Assembly (NCBI RefSeq): GCF_963921235.1
Contig: NC_086097.1
Span: 71,612,001 to 71,676,000 of the forward strand
Origin: Mobula hypostoma
Taxonomy: Eukaryota
Length of the DNA: 64,000 nucleotides
Reading direction: 5' to 3'
Every line of letters begins with the position of its first letter. Position 1 is the stretch's first letter. The notes below the pieces were generated by a model, which saw nothing but the letters and a program-made list of their open reading frames with translations, ran no database searches and was not told where the DNA came from. Positions 37,660 to 49,873 of the stretch are shown one piece after another. The translations under genes and the position numbers were made by a program.

Positions 37660-38370
37660 ACAATCAAATGGGCTGCTTTCTCCTGGATGGAATCAAAATT
37701 ACTTGAATGCTGATGAAGTTGCTCTTATCCAAACAAATGAAGGTAGTTAACCACATTCCTGATTTGTACATAGTGGAGAGATTTTTGCCGAATCAGGTGG
37801 AGAGTAATTTCCCATGGGATTCAGCAAGTTACCTGCTCTTGCAAGTTTTGCATTTGTATTTCTGGTACTGTTAAGTTTCAGGTCGGTGGTAATCCTTGGA
37901 AATTTAATGTTGGGCAGTCTGACAATAAAAATGTCATTAATATCCAGGAGAGAAAATGAAACCCATTGTTTCTGAAGCTGATCGTTGACTGTCGAGATCG
38001 TCACTTGGGAACCTATCAGCCCGTGTTCAAATGGTGTCTTGTCTTGTTGCATGACATTTTCATTATCTATGAGATATCAGGGCAGTGTAGATTTCTTTCA
38101 GTAATGTTGCTGTAGTTAATACTCCAGCGATTGCTTAATTGGAACTGATCAGCTTCGGTGAAAACTCAAATAGTTGGACAACACCTCCATCACTTTGCTG
38201 ATGATTGAGAGTATTCCCACTAGGTGTAATTAGTGGGAATGAATTGTTCTGTTTCTTGATACATAAAGCTAAATGTTCCATTTTTTGATCCATTAAGCTG
38301 AGGGAATATGATAGACGTAAACAGTATTAGGTTTTCCTAGTTGTGTTCAACTTGATACCATGGGACTTTC
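37660..38370 (-). mobile_element. Old LINE RT remnant, probably continuing beyond the Penelope insertion to ~39300
   Basis: Degenerate similarity to an abundant shark/ray LINE as recalled (tcctggatgg...cacattcctgatttgt...acctgctcttg...ccatcactttgctgatgattgagagta). Confidence 0.5.
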
Positions 38371-38371
38371 T

Positions 38372-38960
38372 AGCAACACATATAAAAGTTGCTGGTGAAC
38401 GCAGCAGGCCAGGCAGCATCTCTAGGAAGCGGTACAGTCGCCGTTTCAGGCCGAGACCCTTCGTCAGGACTAACTGAATGAAGAGTGAGTAAGGGATTTG
38501 AAAGTTGGAGGGGGAGGGGGAGATCCAAAATGATAGGAGAAGACAGGAGGGGGAGGGATGGAGCCAAGAGCTGGACAGTTGATTGGCAAAAGGGATATGA
38601 GAGGATCATGGGACAGGAGGCCTAAGGAGAAAGAAAAGGGAGAGGGGGAAACCCAGAGGATGGGCAAGGGATATAGTCAGAGGGACAGAGGGAGAAAAAG
38701 GAGAGTGAGAGAAAGAATGTGTGTATATAAATAAATAAATACCAGATGGGGTACGAGGGGGAGGCGGGGCATTAGCGGAAGTTAGAGAAGTCAATGTTCA
38801 TGCCATCAGGTTGGAGGCTACCCAGACGGAATATAAGGTGTTGTTCCTCCAACCTGAGTGTGGCTTCATCTTGACAGTAGAGGAGGCCTTGGAAAGACAT
38901 ATCAGAATGGGAATGGGACGTGGAATTAAAATGTGTGGCCACTGGGAGGTCCTGCTTTCT
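38372..38960 (-). mobile_element. Penelope-like element 3' part: GIY-YIG C-terminus plus pLTR
   Basis: KQDLPVATHFNSTSHSHSDMS..GLLYCQDEATLRLEEQHLIFRLGSLQPDGMNIDFSNFR*; pLTR with hammerhead motif at 38436-38471 whose GUC is mutated to GGC. Confidence 0.93.
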
Positions 38961-40143
38961 CTGACTGACAAAGCAAATTCCTGTTGACAAGAATCAACGT
39001 TGAGGTTTTCCTGGAACTCTTCCCACTGCCTTTTTGCCAGTGTGCCTCCACCTCTGGCACATTTGCACTGCTATGGGTGCAGGAAGCATCAGACATTGCC
39101 ACGGAGAACTATGACACTGTGAATATGACTGTGACAGATGTTACTTGGATAGATTCAGGTACCATTGTAATTTTTTTTGACAAGAGCAATGGAAGCTTCT
39201 GTGCTGGTAAAGTACTTGGGTTAATGCCAAATGCTTCACCTGGATTTATTATGTGCTTTAAAATTTGATGGTTTAATCAAGCCATTATTTTGGAGTCAAT
39301 CACATTGGCACGGGTTTTGAATCACAAAGCAAAATAATTTCCCTGGCTCTTTAAAAGAGCAATTGTTGCAACATGCACTGCAAATGTGTATCCATGTGAT
39401 TATAGTAAATTTCTACCAATAGTTCACAAACAATGGGCATTACTCAGCTGAGCTTTGTGGTACAGGAAAAAAGAGAACACATTTGTTGGAAAACTGTGAA
39501 GAAAGCAATAAAAGCAGATTTTTCATTCAGCTTTGTCAGTGAGTATTACTTTGTTGCATCATTGGTTAAAATACAACTCTCAATTCTATTCGGTTGCTAG
39601 TGCATCCGAGTTTTTCTATCATGTTTTAGATATAGAAGATAAAACTTTACCTATTTAGATATGTGGTGTATGCGTACACCAGGGTTGACTTCTGTGGTGA
39701 AGCAATGCAAAAAGACATTTCTTCATCACGGAAGTCAAATATGATGCACACATCGAGTGAGAGAATTTACAATACAGAGATGCATTTGATGGAAGCACAC
39801 ATCTGTTTTCTCCTCAGGCATTCTGATACTGAATTAAAATAAATTCTCTTGGTAATAAATTCTTAATTTGTCCCATTAATGAGCTCTGAAGCTCTCACAG
39901 CTCAAAACAAAAGCAATGCATCATGGATGTTTTCACAATGAAGAGCTGCTATAATTTCAAACCAAATTTATAAAATAAAATCAAGTATATGGCAATACAA
40001 TGTGCATAAAATAATTAATAATAAAAAATATACATAACTCTTCAGAATATTCGATCAAACAATAATTTCCAGAATCTTCAGAATCTCTTGTGTTCATGAT
40101 TCTAAATAAATTTAAAAATATTGGTTTTTTTATTAACATGTTT

Positions 40144-40945
40144 CATCATCATCATCATCAGGTGCCATGCCCAGATTGAGCTTTGACTGCCGTGGCCCAC
40201 ACACTCCTGTTTCGGGTCAAGTGGATCAATTCATTGGTATTCATTTCCAGTTCTCTGGCTGTTGGCTCCCTCATCATTTGTCTTTGCCTTCCTCTTGCTT
40301 TCTTCCCTTCAATCTTTCGCATAATTACCGTGCACTCTAACTCTTCTTTCCTCATCACATGTCCAATGAAGTTACGTTGCCTTTTCATGATCTCATACAT
40401 TATTTCTCTTTTTGTGCTTGCTCTGTTCATGATATCCTCATTAGATATTTGTTTTGTCCATGATTTTCTTTGCATCCTCCTCAAAAACCACATCTCTGCT
40501 GCTACAATTTATTTCCTCATGTTACTAGATACTGTCCAACATTCTGAGCCATATAACATAACTGGATAAACGTAACATTTCAGTACTCTGAGGTGGGTTG
40601 TCATGCCTAGTTTAGTAATGGTCAGTATACTCTTCATTCTCGTAAAGGCGTCTTTTGCCATCCCTATTCTTCTTTTGATGTCCAAGTCGCACCTGCCATC
40701 TGATGTCACCCAGCTTACTAAGTAGCAAAAGTTCTGTACTTGTTTCATTTCTTCCCCATTTATTTTCAGCCTGCAGATAGGCTTCTTCTTCTTTTTGGAT
40801 ATCACCATACATTCCAGCTCTTTGCAATTGATAGATAGACCTATTTTTGCACTTTCTTCAACAATTATATCAATTAAGTTTTGTAGTTCTTCCTCTATAC
40901 CTGCAATTAACGCAATGTCATCCGCATATCTGAAATTATTGATGT
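40144..40945 (-). mobile_element. 5'-truncated RTE LINE
   Basis: NINNFRYADDIALIA, RRIGMAKDAF, LYGSECWT, GKKARGRQR; (TGA)n tail; 11-bp TSD ttaacatgttt (40133-40143 / 40946-40956). Confidence 0.95.
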
Positions 40946-41059
40946 TTAACATGTTTACTGCTTTAAAAACTTTTGATCCGGGAGTCTAGGTAAATATTAA
41001 TAAATATGGTAATGGCTTGGCTTTTCCAGAGAAATGCTGAAACTGCTGACACTTTACTC

Positions 41060-41407
41060 AGCTCTCCCCAGTATTGACGCTATGTCCTGCTCCAGCTGCT
41101 CCGGGCTTCAAGTCTGTCAGCTTCGTGATGATTTGCCCAGCTCTGTGATGAAGTGAGACTGAGGCTATGGGCCTGCTCTGACTGCTCCGGGTTTCGGGTC
41201 AATGGGCTCGATTTCACTGTGAATGCTGTTGTTTGCTCTTATTGTTGCATGGTTTGTTTTTCTTTCTCTCTCTCTGTGCATTGGTGTTGGTATTTTTTAC
41301 AATTGGGTTCTTTCAGGTTTCTTGTTTTGTGGCTGCTCGTAAGCAGACAAATCTCAAGGTTGTATAATTTATACATACTTTGATAATAAATGTACTTTGA
41401 ACTTTGA
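41060..41407 (+). mobile_element. Non-autonomous element fragment with Rex1-type tail
   Basis: aatctcaaggttgtataat..atacatactttgataataaatgtactttgaactttga; the same tail occurs at ~50950-51068. Confidence 0.7.
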
Positions 41408-41850
41408 AATATGTTTGAGGTAGCTTGGGACTTCTGCACATGGATGCATTTTCATGAAGTCCCAATTTCTGAAAGCTGATTTTCTGTGTTTTGTTATTGA
41501 CACTATGTCATGAAGTACAATTAGGAAGCACCATTCTCCAACTCATCCTCAGCATTTTCATTCATTCCCCGATCAAGTTGCAGAAAGAGGAATACCTGCA
41601 AGGGACTAAAATATGTATTCGGTATACTATATTATTTTTGGTTTAATTCCAAATTAAGATTTTTAAACATGCAATGAGTGTTAATTGTTTTACTCATTTC
41701 TGTTGGGAATGTACAGAAGCATTCAAAATTTTTGACAGCAGGCTATGGATTAGCCACCTATCAAAATATCCAAATACTTTTTTTTTGTGGTCGGGTTTAT
41801 TTGGGACTGGAACAACTTTGGGAAGGAGGTTGCCTGTGAAAAATCAGCAA

Positions 41851-42465
41851 GACCATAAGAACAGAAGACATAGAGCAGGATCAGACCTTTCTGCTTATCT
41901 AGTGTGCTGCACCATTCAATCACAGCTGATTTATTTTCTCTCCCAACCCCATTCTCCTGCCTTGTTCCCATAATCTTTAACACTCTTATTAATCAAGAAC
42001 CTATCAAACTCCACTTTAAATATACTCAATAACTTGGCCTCCACAGCCACCTGTGACAAGGAAGTCCACAGATTCACCATACTCTGACTAAAGAAACTGT
42101 TCTAAAGGGATGTCTTGTATTTTGAGGCTGTGCCCTCCATTCCAAGATCCTTCCACTACTGGAAACATCCTTTCTATATGGGACTTTCAATATTTGATAT
42201 GTTTCCATCAGATCCCCCATCATTCTTCTAAGATCCAGCAAGTACAGGCCCAGAGCCATCAAATCTTCTTCATACATTAACCTTTTCATTCCTGGAATTA
42301 TTCTCGTAAATGTCTTCTGGACCCTCTTCAATACCAGCACATCCTTTCTTAGATATAGGACCCAGAACTGCTCACAATACTCCAAATGTGGTCTGACCAA
42401 ACCCTTATAAAGCCTCAGAATTACATCTTTGCTTTTAAATTGCAGTCCTCTTGAAATGAATGCCA
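41851..42465 (-). mobile_element. CR1 3' fragment
   Basis: AFISRGLQFKSKDVILRLYKGLVRPHLEYCEQFW plus CR1 3' UTR. Confidence 0.9.
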
Positions 42466-45078
42466 AAGATTTTTGGGTGGATGCAGTCTTGTGGAGTCAG
42501 TTTGCTTTGGCTGGAAAAATTTAGGTAACTAAATCAGTTTAATGTTGACTTATATAAGAGAATAGATATTCAAGTTTGAGAATGGCATTAACCAACAGCA
42601 TGTGGTAACCTTTTTATGTGATAATGATACCAACATGATAAGGTCTGCTTGAGGGTAACAAGCTTAAAACAAAATCCACATATCCAAGGTTGCCTGTTTG
42701 GTTTATGGTCTCGAAGATAACTGTGCAGCCAATTTTAGGGCAACTTAAATATTTAACTACACAACATGGTGAGAGTCACTTATGTACTATTTTTTACTTG
42801 AAGGATGCTGTCCTTCTATCACCTGCCCATATTATAGTTTGCCTGAAGCTTGTACTAGTTGTGTGTTGCTTGTGAATGTGGTTTGTGACTGCAGCGTGTA
42901 CAGTACTTTCTGTAATCAGTCCCTTCACGATGCAGGGAAGACAAGGGAGAAGCTCAACATTGCTTTCTCCCCTGCAACATATATATATATATATATAGCT
43001 GTGTTTCAAAGATGCCAAACAGGAACGGAAGAGTTTCTAAATGTCAAAAGCAATGTTTCCACAATTCCGCACTGCTTCAGGTTTGTTCAATTTGTCTGCT
43101 ACATGTAGCCGGTAATAAAACTCAGATCCATTCAATAAAAGCAAGGCTAGTATCTGCTTAACTTCCAGCTTTTTTCCTGAGTTGTGATCAACATCCACAA
43201 GCGAATGTTTGATGTGGAGTATCACGGCTTTGCTGTTACAAACATTGCTGTCTACTCCTTGGGAGAATCCTCACCAGTGCAAATTGAAATCTATTCAAGA
43301 CATATCACGTGATTGAAATCAGCAGAACTTTTAAAACAGTGGTACAGAGAATTAACTACTCTGAGTTAATTGCATTTTAATGAGATAGCAAAAAATCTTA
43401 TTGAATTGCCCAAAATAGATAGCATGCATAATGTGGTATAAATAGCATCTTTGTAATTAATGTCTGTGGGAATGGCAAATAGTTAAAACCCATTTGCACA
43501 ATGGATGTGATTGCCCGAGGTAAGCACGGATCATTTACGTTGCAAGAATTGTTCTGCTGCTGGCAGCAAGTTAGTCAGTTATCAGGTTTATAAAAAGACA
43601 TCAGCCGAGGTTTCTAGCCCTCTAGCAGTTGAAGCAACTAGTTACAAATTAATAAAAATATATTTGCATTTGACAAAATCAGGCAACATTTCTTTTGCAT
43701 CACAGTTTTAGTCTCAGTTATTGAGTTCAGAATACTTGCCATGTGTAAATTCTTGGCAAATTTAGTCACATTTCTTTCACAGAACAAGGTTTCAATGCCA
43801 GCAGCTGAGTTCAAACTGCCTGTAAATTGTAATAGATTGGCAAAGGCACTTACGTATCTTTCCCATCACAGTTTCCATCCAAAGCAATTTGGTTCAATAT
43901 GCTTGCAAATTGTAATAACTTGCCAAAGCTAGACAGAGTTATTTCGCAAACATTAAGTTTTCAATAACAGTAATAGTTCAAACTGGATTCACAACAGTAA
44001 CTTACAGAAGTCTAGAAATGTAACACATCTGAATGAGATTTCATCCAAAATGAAACATAAGTCAATAGTTGTCAGTGTTTGACTGCATCTGCATTGCTTA
44101 TAAAATCATTTTAACACATCTTTTGAGAATTTTTCTTCATGCTCTGTGGTGTTATCTGTCGTGTCAAGAGTTTGCTGCCATAGCAGCACCTTCCACTTCA
44201 AATGGAGCTGACGAAAGAAACTTTCCACATCTGCATTTCCATGTAACGTGAAAACGCCAGAGGACAATGTTTTCTAATCCCATGCAATATCCATTGACAA
44301 CAGTCCAGTATTTTCCAATATCCACTTCAAGGTTTGTTAGTATCATTTTAGTCTTATGAACCGTACCGCCTTATATCTTACTCATTCTTGGAGCCAATAA
44401 ACCAAACAGGATTGAAATAAATGGCGGAGTTCCGGGATTTAGGAACATATTGTGGCAAATATCTACAGCATGTCAATTGCTGTTTTTCATGAAGATTCAA
44501 TCTAAATTCACTAAACTATTTCTTCAATGCTTTGATTTCAGAACATGACAGCATTTCATAATATTATTTTGTTACTTGTTTTTCTAACAGTATAATCATG
44601 AGAGATTGAATATGTATAAACTTGACAATGAAAATGTGATCTGTATTGCAAATCTGGAAGTCCATTTTTTTCCCAACTGACTTGGATGGCACAATTATAG
44701 CAGCTCCTATGGAAAGAAGAAAACCTCATGGTTTCATTGACAAATGAATTTTACAGTTAGAGGGTTTCTCACCTTATCAGCAGAAGTTGTGACAAATACA
44801 ATCGTTAGACATACTTGGATCACTGTCATTAGGAAGGATTTCCACAGAATTAATATCCATTTAGTAGTTTGCCTAACTGCGACTAGGTAAGCCATAATTG
44901 ATGAAAACAGTTTGCTGAAACATCATAATTATGTCATTTTCCATGGGATTGGGGAGAATAGAAATTTAATGATAAAATTTGACATATCACCTTGTAATAT
45001 TAATTTCATTTACTTTGGTGACATTAGTACATAATCGAATTAACATTATCTGCCCATTATCAGCCTATAAATACATAT

Positions 45079-48000
45079 CATCATCATCATCATCAGGTGC
45101 CATGCCCAGTTTGAGCTTTGACTGCCATGGCCCACACACTCCTGTTTCAGGTCAAGTGGATCAATTCATTGGTATTCATTTCCAATTCTCTGGCTGCTGT
45201 CTCCATCATCATTTGCCTTTGTCTTCCTCTTGCTTTCTTCCCTTCAATATTTCCCATAATCACCGTACATTCTAACTCCTCTTTCCCAATCACATGTCCA
45301 AAGAAGTTACGTTGCCTTTTCATGATCTCATACATTATTTCTCTTTTTGTGTTTGCTCTGTTCATGATATCCTCGTTAGATATTCGTTTCGTCCATGATA
45401 TTCTTTGCATCCTCCTCAAAAACCACATCTCTGCTGTTACAATTCGTTTCCTCATGTTACTAGATATTGTCCAACATTCTGAGCCATATAACATAATTGG
45501 ATAAACAACACATTTCAGTACTCTGAGGCAGGTTGTCATGCCTAGTTCAGTATTGGTCAGTATACTCTTCATTCTCGTAAAGGTGTCTTTTGCCATCCCT
45601 ATTCTTCTTTTGATGTCCATGTTGCCCCTGCCATCTGATGTCTCCCATCTTCCTAAGTAGCAAAAGCTCTTTACTTGTTTTATGTCTTCCCCATTTATTC
45701 TCAGTCTGCAGATAGGATTCTCCCTCTTTTTGGATATCACCATACATTCTGTCTTTTTGCAAGAATGTATGGTGATATCCAAACATTTTTGCAAATGATT
45801 GAATTTTTGCACTTTCTTCAACAATTATATCAATTAAGTTTTGTAGTTCTTCCTCTGTACTTGCAATTAACACAGTGTCATCTGCATATCTGAAATTATT
45901 GATGTTTTCACCACCAACTTTGGTTCCCAAGATGTCTCTTATTTTTTGTAACATTGTTTCACTGTACACATTAAATAAATCAGGGGAGAAAACACACCCT
46001 TGACTAATGCCTGCCTTGATTTTCGTAAACTGATTCACTTCTCCATCTATTCTTACAGAGGCAGTTTGTTCCCAGTACAGATTTCTGATTAGGCGGAGGT
46101 CTTTCGAATCTAGATCTAGAGTTTCCTGTAATATTTCAAATAACTTATTGTGCTTCACTATATCAAATGCATTTGTGTAGTCGATAAAACAAACAAACAA
46201 ATCTTTTTGCACTTGAATAGCTCATTCTGATAGTATCCTTAACAACAATATTGTGTTTCTTGTACCTTAGTCTTTCACAAAACCACATTGTTCTTTACCT
46301 ATTTCAGCTTGTATCTTACTTTTAGCTCTGGTCATCAAAATTCTTAGAAGTATCTTGGTGATATGACTCATTAAACTTATGGTGCTATGTAATTCACATT
46401 CTGTTGCTCCAGCTTTCTTAGGAAGAGTGATAAATACTGATTTTTTCATCTCTTCTGGTATTATTCCAGTCTCACAAATGTCGTTGATTAAATCAGTAAG
46501 TTTTTCAATCCATAATCTTCAAGGGCAATAATTTGTTCTATTACTAATTCATCAGGACCTGCTGCCTTTCCTTTCTTCATCTTATTTATTGCATTATGAA
46601 CTTCAGATTTTAAAATACTTGGACCTTCAACATTTTTCTTAATTTCTGGTTTTTCACCTCGATCATCTTCAAACAATTCCTGAATATACTCAGTCCATCT
46701 GTTTACAATTTCATCTTTTTTCATGATAATGGTACCGTCCTTTGCTTTCAAACATCCACCTGAAGAACAGAGGAGCTTTTTACCAGTGATATTCTTGATT
46801 TGTTGATGTAACCTATTTGGATCAGTAATAGGGATTCTTTCTATTTGCTCACATTCCTGGTTTAACCATTCTTCTTTGGCTTTTTGACATAAGCTTTTAA
46901 CTTTTTTATCTAAGGACTTATATTCTATTGTATTTTCTTTCTTTCATCTCCTTTCTTCCATTAGATTTTTGATCTCATCTGTCATCCACTTATTCTTTGT
47001 GCTTTTTTCTTTTTTAGGAATCACCGACTTTGCTGATTCTACCAAGGCATCCTTTAGAGAGTTAAATTTCATTTCTACATGATTGCTATCATCTTCAAAA
47101 GATTCTATTTCTAGACTTCGAAATCTATTCCTTACTTCAATTGTAAATTTAAGTCTAAAGTTTTCTTCTTTAATAAATTGCAAGTAGTCAAGAGATTGTT
47201 CAGGTTTTTGCTTCTTTAGTTTTTAAGTTTTATTTTTACATGACATACTACTGGGTTATGGTCACTATTACAGTCTGCACTTGGATATGTTTTGCATTGA
47301 GTCACTGAGTTTCTAAATCTTTGGTTTATGTTAATAAAGTCAATTTGATTTCTAGTGTTATCACCTGGACTTTTCCAGGTCTACAATCGTCTTGGATAGT
47401 TTTTAAAGTAGGTATTCAAAATGACCTGATTATTCATTTTGCACCATTCTACCCATTTCTTGCCTCTTTCATTTCTTTCCCCTAGTCCAAATTTTCCTAG
47501 GGTATTTCCATCAGCATCTTGTCCTACTTTAGCATTTAGATCTCCCATGACAATAGCAATATCTTGAGATTTGCATCCATTCTTTGCTTGTTCAAGCTCT
47601 TCATAGAATTTATGTATATCTTCATTTGTTCCATCTGTTGTTGATGCATATACCTGTATAATTGCTAAATCAAATGGTTGTCCTCTGAATCTAAGATTAG
47701 TTTATTCTTTCTGATATTGCCCAATATCCTAAAACACTTTTTGCCATGTTTTCATCCATATGAATTCCTACTCCATTAGTATGGCATGTTCCACAAGAAT
47801 AAACTAGTGTTTTATTTTTTAATCTGATATGTTCCAGCACCTATCCAAAGAACTTCGCTAATTCCCATGATGTTAATCTTTAGTCTTTCCATTTAATTTA
47901 TCACATTGTCCAATCTTCCTGATTGATATAGGGTTCTTACATTACGAGTGGCAATAATTTTCTTTTATGTTACTTTAATTTTATGAGCAGTAGTCTGATG

Positions 48001-48265
48001 ACAGTCAGGGATCCCCTGCTGGCCAGAATCAACCCTACAGAGTGAAACATCTTCAGAATTGTCTTGAAGATCCTCTTGACGCTGTTGTTGTGTGATACAT
48101 TTTGTGAGTTTGACCATGGTTTTCTTAGCAAATTGCAACGGTGGTTTGCTATTGCCTACCATTGGGCGAGCTTAAAGAAATTGCCATTTCACTTCCCAAA
48201 TGTTCATCCGCCTATACTATAGCCGTTGACATTTGAGGTCGTAGCTGATCCACCTTCTCTGTCAT
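45079..48265 (-). mobile_element. Near full-length decayed RTE (BovB-like) LINE
   Basis: Endonuclease (IATRNVRTLYQ, MGISEV, MGDLNAKVG, NQIDFI, SDHNPV) and RT (GKAAGPD, TISLMSH, FIDYTNAFD, QGCVFSPDLFN, YADD) motifs; (TGA)n tail; 5' motif ggcaatagcaaaccac...ttgctaagaaaacc; possible TSD aaatacatat/aaatagatat. Confidence 0.93.
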
Positions 48266-48964
48266 AAAGAAATAGATATAGCAGCTCCATTTTTTCTTAG
48301 CTGTATAGAGGCAAGCTTCCTTTGAATTCTTGCTATTATCTGGGGTGATCAGCAGCAAGTAATACTTATACTTCTGGTGTCATACAATAAACATCTACAA
48401 GTGAATAAATTAATTTTCTATTGACATTGAAGTCCTTTTCCATCATTGACATCCACTGAGTCAATATTGACCATATCCTTAACTAGATCTGCTGTATCAA
48501 TCCTAGTATAGGTCAATGTCTGGATTTCAGAGTTATTCTAAAAGTCTTCCCACCATCTGCAAAGCACAGTCAGGAGTCTGAGGACATATACTCCATTTAA
48601 CATGGATAAGTTCAGCTCAAACAATAATACACAGGAACGTAATCATTTCTGGTGATTATAATTTCTAGCATGATGAATGTTGCTCTGACAAACAGCCAAT
48701 TTAAGGCAGATGCCAGTGTCAAAGACCTGGCAGCTATTTGTATGGCTGGGTGTAAATGGTTAGATATCACTGGCAATGCAGAACAATGAGTAATTAGAAA
48801 CTAGCTATCACGCTGTTAGAAAATGTAACCAGTTAAAAATGGGCCAAGGAAAGAATATCTTCCTTTAAAACATAAGAAAGGGGTACTTTATTAGGAACAG
48901 ACAATTAAAATTCACAAACTAATGATAATCTCGAGGAAAAGTGCTCAGAAATACTGAGACTACA

Positions 48965-49873
48965 CTCCTAATTTGCTGACAACACAACTATTTTTGGCAG
49001 AATTTCAGATGGTGACGAGAGGGTGTACAGGAACGAGATGTATTAGCTGGTTCAGTGATGTCACAACATCGACCTCGTACTCAATGGTCAGTAAGAGCAA
49101 AGAATTGATTATGGGCTTGATAAAGGGTAAGACAAGGGAAAACACACCTGTCCTCATAGAGGGATCAGATGTGGAAAGAGTGAGTAGTTTCAAGTTCCTG
49201 GGTTTCTATATCTCTGAGGATCGATCCTGAGCCCGACTTATCGATGCAGTTACAAAGAAGACACGACAGTCGTTATATTTCATTAGGAGCTTGAGGAGAT
49301 TTGGTATGTCACCAAAAACACTCAAATTTCTACAGATGTACCATGGAAAGCATTCTAACTGGCTGCATCACCGTCTCATATGGCGGCAGGGTTTGCGGGG
49401 TGGGGGGTGGGGTTGTTGTCTACTGCACAGGATCAAAATAAGCTGCAGAGACTTGTAAGCTTAGTCATCTCCATCATGGGCACTAGCCACCGTAGAATCC
49501 AGGATGCCTTCAAGGAATGATGCCACAGAAGGGGTTTATCCATCATTAAGGACCCTCATTACCCAGGACATGCCCTGTTCAGGAAGGAGGTACAGGAGCT
49601 TGAAGGCACACACTCAACAATTCAGGAACAGCTTCTTTCCCTTTGCCATCCAATTTTTGAATGGACATTGAACCCATGACCACTACCTCACCACTTTTTT
49701 GTTTTTATTTTTGCACTACTTATTTAATGTAAATATTTAATATACATATATACTGTATTTACTGTAATTCCCATTTTTTACTCTATTATTATGTGTTGCT
49801 TTGTACTGCTGCTGCAAAGACAACAAACTCCGTGACATATGCCAGTGATATTAAACCTGACTCTGATTCTGAT
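48965..49873 (+). mobile_element. 5'-truncated Rex1-type LINE
   Basis: FADNTTI, VERVSSFKFLG.YISED, LRRFGMS; tail attaaacctgactctgattctga. Confidence 0.88.

Noticed and set aside
42930..42976. Hairpin gggagaagc/gctttctccc, and similar short ones at ~26340-26378 and ~43351-43372
   Set aside because: Stems are short or imperfect and expected by chance in 64 kb.
48100..48265. HDV-like ribozyme at the 5' end of the BovB-like RTE
   Set aside because: No L3 (UYCNCGY) with flanking P3/P2 pairing could be found on the element strand.
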